Shown: positions 10,180 through 19,939, counted from the stretch's first letter. The stretch is DNA of 64,000 nt from Halioglobus sp. (GCA_041396005.1 JAWKZK010000011.1:67779-131778); one strand, 5' to 3'. Program-made: numbers and translations. Notes: generated by a model not told the origin, from the sequence alone.

Positions 10180-10764
10180 CTAGAGCACGGCTTCGATGGC
10201 AGCACGCAGCGCATCGCTGTCGGGCGAGGTGCTGCTGCCAAAATGCGCGGTGACCTTACCGTTGGCGTCGACCACGTACTTGTTGAAGTTCCAGGCAGGG
10301 GGTTCAGCCTGACGACCAAGTTCTGCGAAAACGGGGTTGGCGTTGGCGCCACGCACGGAACTGGGCGCCAGCATGGTGAACGTTACGCCATAGTTGACGT
10401 AGCACACGCGAGCGGCGGTCTCCTCGTCCCTGGCTGCCTGACGAAAATCGTCGCTGGCAAAACCGACCACCCGCAGGCCCTGCGCGCGATAGGTCTGGTA
10501 CAGCGTTTCCAGGCTTTTGAATTGCGGCGTAAAGCCGCAGTGGCTGGCGGTATTGACGATCAACAGCGGCTTGCCTTTGGCGACTGCGCACAGGTTTACG
10601 TTTTCGCTGGAGTGCAGTTTTCGCAGGTCGTGGTTGAGGTACTCGGGGCACGACTCTGCCGACGCCGTCAGCGGAGACAGTGTCGCGAGCAGCGAGCCCA
10701 GCAGCATGGCCGATATGCGCATGACGTCGCGATTATCGTTCAGGGGTTTGTGGAATGCTGGCAT
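10180..10764 (-). CDS. Exported glutathione peroxidase family protein
   Basis: LLIVNTASHCGFTPQF, GFASDDF, PAWNFNKYVV; signal peptide. The true start may be MRISAM at 10722. Confidence 0.9.
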   Translation of the reverse strand: MPAFHKPLNDNRDVMRISAMLLGSLLATLSPLTASAESCPEYLNHDLRKLHSSENVNLCAVAKGKPLLIVNTASHCGFTPQFKSLETLYQTYRAQGLRVVGFASDDFRQAARDEETAARVCYVNYGVTFTMLAPSSVRGANANPVFAELGRQAEPPAWNFNKYVVDANGKVTAHFGSSTSPDSDALRAAIEAVL

Positions 10765-10824
10765 GTTGATCTCCGTGTTGAAGCGTGGCGCAGGGGCATG
10801 GCGGCTGCGCCCGCAGCCGCAGCG

Positions 10825-11055
10825 TCAGCAGACCGACGTCGGCCGGGGCTCGCGCTTGCGGCGTGTATTGATATCCCAGACATACCACAGATAGCAGCGC
10901 GAAAACACGCCATTGAGTATGAGCGCAATGGATACCGCCACCACGAACCATTCCACGCCATTCATGGCGGGACGCGTAACGGCCCACAGCGCAAAAGCGA
11001 TACCGAACAGGAGCCGGATCACGCGCTCCAGGTTGCCAAGATTGGGTTCGATCAT
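10825..11055 (-). CDS. DUF2892 / YgaP-like small membrane protein
   Basis: NLGNLERVIRLLFG; two TM helices; C-terminal CYLWYVWDINT. Confidence 0.8.
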   Translation of the reverse strand: MIEPNLGNLERVIRLLFGIAFALWAVTRPAMNGVEWFVVAVSIALILNGVFSRCYLWYVWDINTRRKREPRPTSVC

Positions 11056-11208
11056 GTGTCACCTTCCACCGTTGCGTTGCTTTCAGAATGCCGTATATAC
11101 GCCGTGTCAGGGCAAACGGATGACCGGCAGGCGCGCAGCGCCCGGCGCCGCCGAGGCGCCGAACCCGGACGCGGATCAGGTGTGAAGCACTGCCCCGGGG
11201 GGTTGCCG

Positions 11209-12273
11209 CTAGCGAATGTGCCGAATCAGGAAGGGCGCCAGCGTTTCGCCGGACGGATCGGTGAGCGGAAACGCCGTGTCCTCGGAGTACGCCACGCTCG
11301 CCACGCCGACCTCGTCCGCGCGGTTTTTCACCGCGATGGCGTGCAGCCCGTGGTGCAGGAACAGGTTGAGCGGGTCGTCCAGCCCGGTGGCGTAATTCTG
11401 CACGTAGATGGGCGCGTCGCCGGCATCCATCAGGCCCAGCATGTCGATATTGGCGCGGTAGGCGGCATTCTCTTCACTGGTGATCGCCTCTAGGCTGTCA
11501 ACGCCGAGAAAGGTGAGCAGGTAGTTGGTGGCGCCCACAGCGGCGGCAAGCGTGGGTACGTCGGTACCGCCCAGCAGGTTGGCGAGCGGCTGTGTCACCG
11601 GCAGCAACACCTCCTCCCAGCGTAACAAATCGTAGGTCGCCTGCGTGGCCAGTAGCCCTACGGCCTTCACGCGTGTGGACTCGCGCAGTACCGGATCAGC
11701 ATTCTGCGGGTCGGCCATGTCATCATGCGTGCCCAGCCACAGGCTGGCGCCGGCGCCAGCCGAGCCGCCGTACAGGGCAACGTTTTGCGGATCTATGTTC
11801 AGGCTGGCGAAATGGTAACGCATGAACTGCAGGGCCCTGGCGGTATCTTCCAGCGAAGTGAGCACACCGCCCTGGGATACGGCCGAGGCAATATCCTCAT
11901 CGCTGTCGGGCACCTTGAGCAGCGTGTAGTTGATAGAAGCGTGCGCCACGCAGGACTGCAGGAATTCCCGCACCAGGGAATCGCGCACGCTGCTCTTGTC
12001 GCCGCCGGTAAAACCGCCGCCATGAATGTAGATCACCAGCGGCAGCGGGCCGTCGCAATCGGGCAGGTACACATCGAAAACGTTGCGCTCTTTCGACCCG
12101 TAGACCACGTCGGCCGCGAAGTCGGCGCTGATACCGGCGAGGTCGATGGGCGCATCGGAAAACGTGAGTTGCAGGGCGGGCCGCACCTCGGCGCCGCCGT
12201 TGTCGCCGCCGTCGCTGCAGGCGACCAGAAGCGCGAGAGTGGATGTCAGTAGCAGGCGTCTTATTGTTGGCAT
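11209..12273 (-). CDS. Alpha/beta hydrolase (BD-FAE/esterase-like) lipoprotein
   Basis: Lipobox LVAC followed by SDGGD; YIHGGGF and GGSAG motifs. Confidence 0.85.
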   Translation of the reverse strand: MPTIRRLLLTSTLALLVACSDGGDNGGAEVRPALQLTFSDAPIDLAGISADFAADVVYGSKERNVFDVYLPDCDGPLPLVIYIHGGGFTGGDKSSVRDSLVREFLQSCVAHASINYTLLKVPDSDEDIASAVSQGGVLTSLEDTARALQFMRYHFASLNIDPQNVALYGGSAGAGASLWLGTHDDMADPQNADPVLRESTRVKAVGLLATQATYDLLRWEEVLLPVTQPLANLLGGTDVPTLAAAVGATNYLLTFLGVDSLEAITSEENAAYRANIDMLGLMDAGDAPIYVQNYATGLDDPLNLFLHHGLHAIAVKNRADEVGVASVAYSEDTAFPLTDPSGETLAPFLIRHIR

Positions 12274-12391
12274 GATCTGGGATCCCGGGTGTCTGTAGGT
12301 TCAACATAGCGCAAACGACTTTTGCTGGCCATACTGTGCGCGTCCGTCGCGGTTTGCGCGGGCAGACCATCATCCACAAGAGGAGAAGCGC

Positions 12392-12799
12392 ATGCAGGTA
12401 AGCGGAGGCTGTTACTGCGGGAAAGTTCGCTATGAGGCCGAGGGAGAACCGGTGATGCGGGGCCTGTGCCACTGCCGGGAGTGCCAATACATCACCGGGG
12501 GCGGCGCCAACGTTGCGCTGGCCATGCCATTGGCGGGTTTCCGCTACGTGGCGGATGCGCCGAAAGGGTTTGCGCGCCAGGATCTGGACAACGCGGTGCT
12601 GCGCGAGTTTTGCCCCGAGTGTGGAACGCATCTCACCAGCCGGCCCCAGATGCTGCCAGACCTGGTGATCATCAAAGTGGGCACGCTGGACGACCCGAGC
12701 GTGTATGGCCAGCCCGATATGGCGCTGTATTGCAGCGAGCGGCAGCCTTTTCACTATCTGCCCGAGGGCTTGCCGCAGTTCGACCGCTTTCCCGAGTAG
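12392..12799 (+). CDS. GFA family protein (CENP-V/GFA zinc domain)
   Basis: GGCYCG, CHCRECQ, REFCPECGT motifs. Confidence 0.92.
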   Translation: MQVSGGCYCGKVRYEAEGEPVMRGLCHCRECQYITGGGANVALAMPLAGFRYVADAPKGFARQDLDNAVLREFCPECGTHLTSRPQMLPDLVIIKVGTLDDPSVYGQPDMALYCSERQPFHYLPEGLPQFDRFPE

Positions 12800-12847
12800 C
12801 GTGGCGTGTGGCTCCTGGTGCAAGCCGGGCGCTGAGACAGCCGCCCG

Positions 12848-14083
12848 CTAGCGGGCGCGATGCTCTGCAATGACCTCCCGGAACAGGCTCATGTACTCAT
12901 CGGCGACGCGCGGCAGGTGGTAGGCCGCGGCCGCGGTGGCGGCTGCGGCACCCAGGGCCTTGCGACGCGGCTCGTCCGCCAGCAATGCCAGAATGTCCTT
13001 TGCCCAGACTTCAGGCCGATCGTCGTGCACCAGTAGCCCGTTCACACCGTGCTGGATGAATTCCGGCACGTAGCAGCGGGCTGCGGCGATCACCGGGCGA
13101 CCTCGAATCAACAGCTCTATCAGGCCCCAGTTGCCGCTGCCGAACAGCACGGGGTACATGAACAGGTCCACAGCATGCAGCAGGTCGGAAAACCGGTTGT
13201 AGGGCAGTTTACCGGTGAGCGTGAAACGGCTGCGATCCACCTTGTAGCGGCGCATGAGGTGCTCGAGAAAGGTCATGCCCTTGTCCTTTCCATACTTGCG
13301 ATCCAGAAAGAGCTGCTCGTAGCCGTAGGTTGTGGCGGCCGGATCACCGATCACCACGAACTGGATATTGTCGTCCAGTTTGCTCAGGTGCGCGGCGGTG
13401 GCCATGAAACTGTCCAGGCCCTTGGCCGAACTCAGGTCACGCGCGGCGAAGCCCAGGGTTTGCTTGCCCGGGGGTAATTCCACGCCGCAGGGCACGCGCT
13501 CCGCGACCTTGTCTGGGTCCATGCCTTCGAAGCGGGCCACGATCTTGTGCTGCAGATAGTCCGGAAACATCTGCCGGGCATACTCCGTGGGCACCAGCGT
13601 GCGCGGGCTCTTGATCACCTCGTAGTAGGAGAGCATCTGCATGTTCTTGTCGATGAGGCGTTGCGGCTCCGTGGGCGGAAAGCGTGAATCCCAGCCGTGA
13701 TCCGCGTAGGAGGGAAATTCGATATAGGGAATGACCGGAATATCAAACTCGTCGTACAGAAAATGGGGCGAGCCGAGACTGCCGTGGGCCACGATCAGAT
13801 CCAGTTTGCGTTTTGCCAGGAACTCTTTCAGTGCGCGGAACAAACCGAGACTGATGCGCCCCGCGCGCTCAACCTTGCCCGAGTAGTAGTAGCTGTTGGC
13901 GGCCATCATGTTGCCGTCCGGCTGCAGGGGCAGCAGTTTCTGGTAGCGGGACTGGTTCTTTTTCATGTTGCCGGGCGTTGTCATGTACCACGCGTCAGCC
14001 GCGCCGGAAGTGTTCAGGTATTCGCAGAGATCGCTGAACTGCGAGGGGCAGACCGTGTGTACGAAGAGGATTTTCGGCTGCAT
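12848..14083 (-). CDS. Glycosyltransferase family 4
   Basis: ILFVHTVCPSQF; FAARDLSSAKG; E motif in WGLIELL...PEFIQHGVNGLLV. Confidence 0.85.
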   Translation of the reverse strand: MQPKILFVHTVCPSQFSDLCEYLNTSGAADAWYMTTPGNMKKNQSRYQKLLPLQPDGNMMAANSYYYSGKVERAGRISLGLFRALKEFLAKRKLDLIVAHGSLGSPHFLYDEFDIPVIPYIEFPSYADHGWDSRFPPTEPQRLIDKNMQMLSYYEVIKSPRTLVPTEYARQMFPDYLQHKIVARFEGMDPDKVAERVPCGVELPPGKQTLGFAARDLSSAKGLDSFMATAAHLSKLDDNIQFVVIGDPAATTYGYEQLFLDRKYGKDKGMTFLEHLMRRYKVDRSRFTLTGKLPYNRFSDLLHAVDLFMYPVLFGSGNWGLIELLIRGRPVIAAARCYVPEFIQHGVNGLLVHDDRPEVWAKDILALLADEPRRKALGAAAATAAAAYHLPRVADEYMSLFREVIAEHRAR

Positions 14084-14212
14084 AAAGGAACCTGGCGTGT
14101 GGCTATGGAGTCTATGTCACGGGAGTTGCAATGGGCCAGCCAGTGAAGATACCCTCTAGGCGCGAAAAGGCAACCGACCAAACCAGGCGCCTGCGGGCGC
14201 AAGCCGGAACGA

Positions 14213-14778
14213 ATGATGAGAATCTTTCCCAGTGTGAAAGCCGTGAACAGACTGATGATTTCAGGCTTGCTGTTCCTGGGCAGCCTGTCTGCCGGCGCCT
14301 CGCAGGCGCATGACGGGCCCGAGATCCAGGCGATAACCGATGACGGCAGGGCCGTGGTGTTGCGCAAGGACCACACCTGGGATTTCGTGGAGGTGCAGGC
14401 GGGCGATCCGGCCACGAGCGCCGTACTGACCGTAACGGAAGTGAAAGAAATGCACGAGGCCTGCGGCCTGCAGATTCGCCTGCAGAACAACATGACACAT
14501 CGTATTCGCAGCATCGTGCCGCGGTTCTCGGTATACAATGACAGGAACATCGAGTTCGACTCCAAGTCCCAGTCGTTTACCGCGGTGAAGCCCACCCGCA
14601 GCCAGTACAAGCGTATTCAGTTCAACGGCATCGGCTGTCACGAGATCAAGTGGGTGCGCGTGCATGACGCGGCTCGCTGCACCATTGGCGAAGTGGTGGA
14701 CATGTTCAACGAGGAGGAGGGCAGTGTCTGTCCTATATCTATGTTGAACCCAGCAACCTGATCAATATTTCCAAGTAA
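14213..14778 (+). CDS. Exported hypothetical protein (DUF3157-like N-terminus) with a probable 1-bp frameshift near 14720-14724
   Basis: Signal peptide; ITDDGRAVVLRKDHTWDF. A shifted frame continues CLSYIYVEPSNLINISK to TAA at 14778. Confidence 0.6.
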
Positions 14779-14813
14779 CGGCGTCCCCGACGCATTCACA
14801 GGGAACGCCCGCC

Positions 14814-15683
14814 ATGAAGTTTGTACTGTCTACCTCGTTCAGTAGCGTAGCGCATTTGACGCAACTTGCGCCGGTGGCCGATTCCCATGGCTGGCACGCG
14901 ATGTCGTTTTCGGACCACGTGGTGAATCCCGAACAGATCAGTACGCCGTATCCTTATACCGACGATGGCAGCCGCCGCTGGCAGCCGTTTACCGATTGGC
15001 CGGACCCGTGGGTGATGATCGGCGCGCTGGCGACGATCACCGAGCGGTTACGCTTCACCAACAATATTTTCGTGTTGCCCATGCGCAACCCGTTCCTCGT
15101 GGCCAAGGCCATCAGCACGGCGGCCATTGTTTCCAACAACCGGGTGACGCCTGCGATAGGGGTGGGCTGGTCGGCGGACGAGTTCGCGCTGATGGATGCC
15201 GATTTCAAAACACGCGGCAAGCGCACCGATGAGATGCTGGAGGTTCTGCGCCTGCTATGGACGGGAGAACTCGTGGAGTATCGGGGCAAGTATTACCAGT
15301 TCGACGCGCTGGAGATGAATCCGGCGCCCACCGCCTACATTCCCATCTGGGTGGGCGGCATTTCCGATGCGGCGATGCGCCGCGCCGCGCGCCTGGGCGA
15401 CGGCTGGGTGACCGATCTGCAAACCAGCGCTGACATTATCGAGTGCATCGAGCGCATCAAGGTATGGCGCAACGAGTATAGGCGCGCGGATCAGCCCTTC
15501 GACATCATGGCCACGCCCTCGGACGCCTGGGACGTGGACGGCTACAAGCGCCTGGCGGATGCCGGCGTGACGCATATCCTCACCATGCCGTGGCCGTTTT
15601 ACCATGGCGACACAGACAACGTGGACAAGAAGATCGACAGCGTAAAGCGCTACGCCGACGATATCATCAGCAAGTTCAACTAA
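14814..15683 (+). CDS. LLM-class (TIGR03619-like, nominally F420-dependent) oxidoreductase
   Basis: SDHVVNP, WPDPWVMIG, GVGWSADEF, WVGGISDAAMRRAARLGDGW. Confidence 0.88.
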   Translation: MKFVLSTSFSSVAHLTQLAPVADSHGWHAMSFSDHVVNPEQISTPYPYTDDGSRRWQPFTDWPDPWVMIGALATITERLRFTNNIFVLPMRNPFLVAKAISTAAIVSNNRVTPAIGVGWSADEFALMDADFKTRGKRTDEMLEVLRLLWTGELVEYRGKYYQFDALEMNPAPTAYIPIWVGGISDAAMRRAARLGDGWVTDLQTSADIIECIERIKVWRNEYRRADQPFDIMATPSDAWDVDGYKRLADAGVTHILTMPWPFYHGDTDNVDKKIDSVKRYADDIISKFN

Positions 15684-16521
15684 GCGAAGGCGCAGCGTCG
15701 TCTGCAGCGCGCCAGGCCTCCAGCAGGGGTCGCGTATCCCGTTGCCAGGGGTGGAAACCCTCGCGGTAGTATTCGCGGTAGGCCGGCCAGAGGCGGCGCA
15801 GAATGCCGCCGCGGGCGAACAGGAAGCGCCAGCCCTCGCGCCACAGCCGCAGGTTCCACAGCTTGCCGTCGCGGCGCAGCATGTGCACCACTCCGTACAG
15901 CACATCCACCATCAGGAAGAACGTGGCGCCGCGCATTGCGCGCCGGCGCAGCTTCTCGCTGCCGCCCATGGCGCGGAACACGTCGAAGGCCACGGCCTTG
16001 TGTTCCATTTCTTCCGCTGCATGCCAGTCCCAGAGCTCGCGCATCGCCGGTTCGGCCTCGCCGATCATGGGGTTGTCCGGCGCCAGGGCAGATTCCGCCA
16101 TGATCGCGGTGAGGTGTTCCAGCGCCGCGGTAACGGCGAGTTGCTCCAGCGGTGAAAGCCGTTTCTGTGCGGTGCCGATGTTTTTCGAAAGGCGCCGCTC
16201 CTGCGCGGCAAGATCGTAGCCACGCGCGGTGCATAGTGTTTCGTTGTAGCGCTGGTGCTCGCGGCGATGGTAGCCCTCCTGGCCGCAAAAGCCGCGAATC
16301 TCTTCCTGCAGCTTCGGGTCATCGATCTGGTCGGCGAAGTGACGCACGCTGTCAATGAAGAACTTTTCACCCTGTGGAAACGTGATGGACATGGCGTTGA
16401 ACCAAGCTGTCTTGAAGGCGTGGTTATCGAACCAGTCCCGTTGCAGGCATTCGGCAATGGCGTACTCGCGGTTGCGCGGCGTGATGGCCACGTCCTGCGG
16501 TGTGTGAGATTGCTGCTGCAT
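15676..16521 (-). CDS. Predicted metal-dependent hydrolase (PF10118-like)
   Basis: FPQGEKFFIDSVR, QEGYHRREH, WHAAEEMEHKAVAFDV. Confidence 0.9.
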   Translation of the reverse strand: MQQQSHTPQDVAITPRNREYAIAECLQRDWFDNHAFKTAWFNAMSITFPQGEKFFIDSVRHFADQIDDPKLQEEIRGFCGQEGYHRREHQRYNETLCTARGYDLAAQERRLSKNIGTAQKRLSPLEQLAVTAALEHLTAIMAESALAPDNPMIGEAEPAMRELWDWHAAEEMEHKAVAFDVFRAMGGSEKLRRRAMRGATFFLMVDVLYGVVHMLRRDGKLWNLRLWREGWRFLFARGGILRRLWPAYREYYREGFHPWQRDTRPLLEAWRAADDAAPSLS

Positions 16522-16547
16522 CGGTGACCCTCCCGGGAAATCCCCGC

Positions 16548-17348
16548 CTAGCCCATACCGCCCCAGGCGCGTGGCATCTGCATGTTGAGGCGCTCCAGGC
16601 CGCCGTTCACGCCGAGGATGTCGCCGGTGACATAGCTCGCCGCGGGAGAGCAGAGATACAGCGCGCCAAGCGCAATATCCTCGACCTCGCCCAGCCGGCC
16701 CATGGGTGTCAGATCCACCATGGTCTGTTCTATCTCCGGCGTCAATACCGTGTTGAGCGCATCGGTTTTGGTGGAACCCACGGCGATCGCGTTCACGCGC
16801 ACCTTCGGCGCGAATTCCTGCGCCAGTTCCTGTGTCAGCAGCGACAGCGCGCCCTTGGCGGTGCCGTAGGCGGCGAAGCAGGGTGTGGGCTTGTGGCCGG
16901 CGATGGAGGAAATGTTAAGGATCGCGCCGCTGCCGGCGGTATCCACCATGACGGGCGCACAGATGCGCGACATCTCGAAGGCGCTGGCAACGTTGAAACG
17001 GAAGGCGCCGATAAACTCCTTGGTGGTGGTTTGCGACACCGGTTTCGGTGGGAACCCCCCCGCGTTGTTGACCAGAATGTCGATGCGCCCGAATTCCTGC
17101 ACGGCCCGGTCAGCGAGATTCTGCAACTGGCCGTCTTCCATGACGTCGGTGAGTACGACCAGTGCCCGCTGCCCGAGCGCGCGGACAGACTGGGCAACCT
17201 GCTCCAGGTCGGATTCGGTGCGCGCGCCGATGACCACGTCCGCGCCGGCCTCCGCGAAGGCCCGCGCGATCGCCGCGCCGATCCCCTTGCCTGCACCGGT
17301 GATCACTGCCACCTTGCCCTTGAGACTGAACTGATCCATGAGTGCCAT
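16548..17348 (-). CDS. Classical SDR oxidoreductase (7-alpha-hydroxysteroid dehydrogenase/FabG-like)
   Basis: TGAGKGIG, NNAGG, YGTAK; GGGAGA RBS upstream of MALMDQ. Confidence 0.9.
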   Translation of the reverse strand: MALMDQFSLKGKVAVITGAGKGIGAAIARAFAEAGADVVIGARTESDLEQVAQSVRALGQRALVVLTDVMEDGQLQNLADRAVQEFGRIDILVNNAGGFPPKPVSQTTTKEFIGAFRFNVASAFEMSRICAPVMVDTAGSGAILNISSIAGHKPTPCFAAYGTAKGALSLLTQELAQEFAPKVRVNAIAVGSTKTDALNTVLTPEIEQTMVDLTPMGRLGEVEDIALGALYLCSPAASYVTGDILGVNGGLERLNMQMPRAWGGMG

Positions 17349-17497
17349 GCGTTTCTCCCGTGTCATGTGAGCCATCTGTGTGACAGCTTACGCGAGGGTG
17401 GCCGATTTTTCGCGCCAGTCAAGCCCCGCAGCGGTTCTGATATGCTGCGGGTATACCTGACTGCACAGCGCGACTCGCAACGAACGGATGCCCGCAC

Positions 17498-18505
17498 ATG
17501 GAACTCTGCCTGACCTACGACATGCGTGCGCCGGATTTCGGCGCCGCGCGTCGCGACCTCTACGATTGCGCACTGGACCAGGTGGCCTGGGCGGACGATG
17601 TCGGTTTTGATGTCGTGGGCCTCGGCGAGCACCACTGCGCGCCGGATGGTTACAACCCGTCGCCGCTGGTGCTCGCCAGTGCGATGGCCGCGCGCAGCCG
17701 GCGCATCAAACTGCGTACGTCGGTGCTGCTGGCGCCGCTCTACGACCTGCCGAAACTCGCCGAGGACACAGCGGTGTTGCAGACCCTCAGCAATGGTCGC
17801 CTGCTGCTGGGCATCGGCGCGGGTTACCGGCCCGCGGAGTTCACGGCGTTCGGCCGCTCGCTGGACGAGCGCTGGCGAGCGATGGGTGAGGTGTGCGAGT
17901 TCCTGCGCCTTGCCTGGCGCGGCGAAACGTTCGAGTGGCAGGGCCGGGCGGTGACGATCACGCCGCGTCCGGAGCCGTTTCCGCCGCCGATCCTGCTGGG
18001 CGGCAGTTCCCCCGCTGCGGCGCGGCGCGCCGCCCGCATCGCCGACGCCTGGTTTCCGCCGCTGGACGCGCGCCTCTGGCAGCCGTATCGCGATGAGTGC
18101 CTGAAGCGAAACATGCCGGACCCTGGCGAGTATCCGCGCCAGGGCCCGATATTCCTGTGGATCGCGGAGGATCCCGCGCGCGCCTGGGACCTTGTCATGC
18201 CGCACGTGCTGCACCAGTTGCAGTCCTACAGCGCCTGGACCGAGGAGGCGTTCGGTGCGCCCGCCGGGCCCTACGCCGCGAGAATGATGCCCGAGACGAT
18301 CAAGGCCAGCGGCGCCTACCGGGTGGTCACACCACAGGAGGCGCTGGCGCTGCTGGAGGAACTCGGCGAGCACGCCGTGCTGTATCTCAACCCGCTACTG
18401 GCGGGTATCGACCCCGGGGAAGCGTGGCGCATGCTGCGCCTGTTTGAACGCAGCGTGCTGCCGCACATACCCCGGCGAACGTCGCAAGGCAAGGGCGCTA
18501 CCTAA
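17498..18505 (+). CDS. LLM-class flavin-dependent oxidoreductase
   Basis: LGEHHCAPDGYNPSP, LLLGIGAGYRPAEF, ILLGGSS. Confidence 0.9.
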   Translation: MELCLTYDMRAPDFGAARRDLYDCALDQVAWADDVGFDVVGLGEHHCAPDGYNPSPLVLASAMAARSRRIKLRTSVLLAPLYDLPKLAEDTAVLQTLSNGRLLLGIGAGYRPAEFTAFGRSLDERWRAMGEVCEFLRLAWRGETFEWQGRAVTITPRPEPFPPPILLGGSSPAAARRAARIADAWFPPLDARLWQPYRDECLKRNMPDPGEYPRQGPIFLWIAEDPARAWDLVMPHVLHQLQSYSAWTEEAFGAPAGPYAARMMPETIKASGAYRVVTPQEALALLEELGEHAVLYLNPLLAGIDPGEAWRMLRLFERSVLPHIPRRTSQGKGAT

Positions 18506-18510
18506 GAGGT

Positions 18511-19061
18511 TTAGTCGAAAGGAACAGGCCGCGGTGTAGCATCGGCGGAAGGCGGCAGTATCGGCAGGGCGAACCGCGGCTGGTCAACGGTCAGGCTCTT
18601 GAGGAACGGGACAATCTGTGCGTTCTCTTCCGGCGTGTACTGATCACCCAACTGCAGGCGCCCCATGAGATCCACGGCTTCGGCCAGGGTATCCACCGCG
18701 CCGTCATGGAAGAACGGATAGTTAAGTTCCACATTACGCAGGGTGGGAACCTTGAAACTGAATCGGTCCGCGTCCTTGCCGGTTACCGCGTAGCGGCCCT
18801 CCGCGGGGTTGTCGGTCTGGTAAGGCTCTATCAGACCCATGCACTGAAACGTGGTGCCGCCGGGGCGGCGCCGTTGTGGCAGGCGCTGCAGCCGCTGCTC
18901 TTGAATAGTTCGTAGCCTGTGTGTTCATCCGCGTTGATCGCCGTCTTGTCGCCCAGCACACCGATGGCAAGGGTGTGGCTGAAGGCCATGTCCTTGGGGT
19001 TGGCGATCGGACCGCCCGCCTGCTCATTTAGATTTGCTGCGCGGCCGTCCCAGAACTGCTC
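18511..19061 (-). pseudogene. Diheme cytochrome c peroxidase (CcpA/MauG family) pseudogene
   Basis: QFWDGRAANLNEQAGGPIANP, GCSACHNG, FKVPTLRNV, PFFHDG. The N-terminal heme domain is absent, there is an internal in-frame deletion at 18953/18954, and a frameshift near 18861-18866. Confidence 0.9.
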
Positions 19062-19070
19062 CCCGACTCC

Positions 19071-19529
19071 TTACTGTAGATAAATCCCGTGGCTGGCCAG
19101 CCAGCGTTCATCGAGCACCCACTCCACCCTGTCCACGTCTTCCTGCTCTTTCACCAGGGCAGCCGCGCGGGACTGAACCTGCGCCAATCGCTCCTGCGCC
19201 TCCATGAGGCGCGGCGAGTCTATTGCAAGATCTCGCAACTCGGGATACATCACGCGCAAACCCTGCAGCGCGGACATCTGCGCCGAGCGGGGGCTCGACA
19301 TCCTCGCGACGCCGTTGTCCAGCGCCAGTACCCGGAACTGATAGGGATAGGCAGCCAGATCCGCATCCGCTTCCAGAAGGTCATTGAGTTGTGACGCGCG
19401 AAAGTCGAGGCTCAATAACCACCACGCCAGGCCGATGACTGCTGCACCGGCGAGCAGGTAAAGATAGCGCTGCGTAAAATCATCAAGCGTTCCTGTCTGG
19501 CCCGCATCTGCCATGTAGCGCATCTCCAT
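19071..19529 (-). CDS. Single-TM hypothetical protein
   Basis: TM helix followed by LNDLLEADADLAAYPYQFRV...SSPRS...WVLDERWL. Start uncertain (19529 or 19514). Confidence 0.7.
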   Translation of the reverse strand: MEMRYMADAGQTGTLDDFTQRYLYLLAGAAVIGLAWWLLSLDFRASQLNDLLEADADLAAYPYQFRVLALDNGVARMSSPRSAQMSALQGLRVMYPELRDLAIDSPRLMEAQERLAQVQSRAAALVKEQEDVDRVEWVLDERWLASHGIYLQ

Positions 19530-19576
19530 TTCGAGGCTTTTGTGGAAATGTTTTCCACGAGTGCCTGGGCTCCCTA

Positions 19577-19616
19577 TAATATTAGTTGACTCTAATAAAA
19601 GCAAACTCTAATATTA
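19577..19616. promoter_or_regulatory. AT-rich inverted repeats, candidate ArsR-family operator
   Basis: TAATATTAG (19577-85) / CTAATATTA (19608-16), with an internal ATTAG-N6-CTAAT, between divergent genes. Confidence 0.45.
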
Positions 19617-19645
19617 AGTCCGAGCGGCAGGCAGGAGCTACGGCT

Positions 19646-19939
19646 TTGGATATTGCGGGGATGCAGGAAAACGCCCAGGAGGCTGCTGCCCTGCTGAAAT
19701 CGCTGGCCAACACCAGCCGCCTTGTGGTGCTGTGCGCACTGGTGACCCGGGCGCACACGGTAGGCGAACTGGAGGAACTGACCGGACTCAGTCAGTCGGC
19801 TATCTCGCAGCACCTGGCCCGGCTGCGCGAGGACGAACTGGTCAGTACGCGCCGCGAGGCGCAGCGCATTTACTACTCATTGGAAAACCCCAACGTGAAG
19901 GCCATATTGACGACCTTGCATCGTATTTACTGCTCTTGA
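19646..19939 (+). CDS. ArsR/SmtB family regulator of BigR/SqrR/HlyU type
   Basis: AAALLKSLAN..RL.VLC, SQSAISQHLARLR, C-terminal IYC; TTG start after GGAG. Confidence 0.9.
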   Translation: MDIAGMQENAQEAAALLKSLANTSRLVVLCALVTRAHTVGELEELTGLSQSAISQHLARLREDELVSTRREAQRIYYSLENPNVKAILTTLHRIYCS

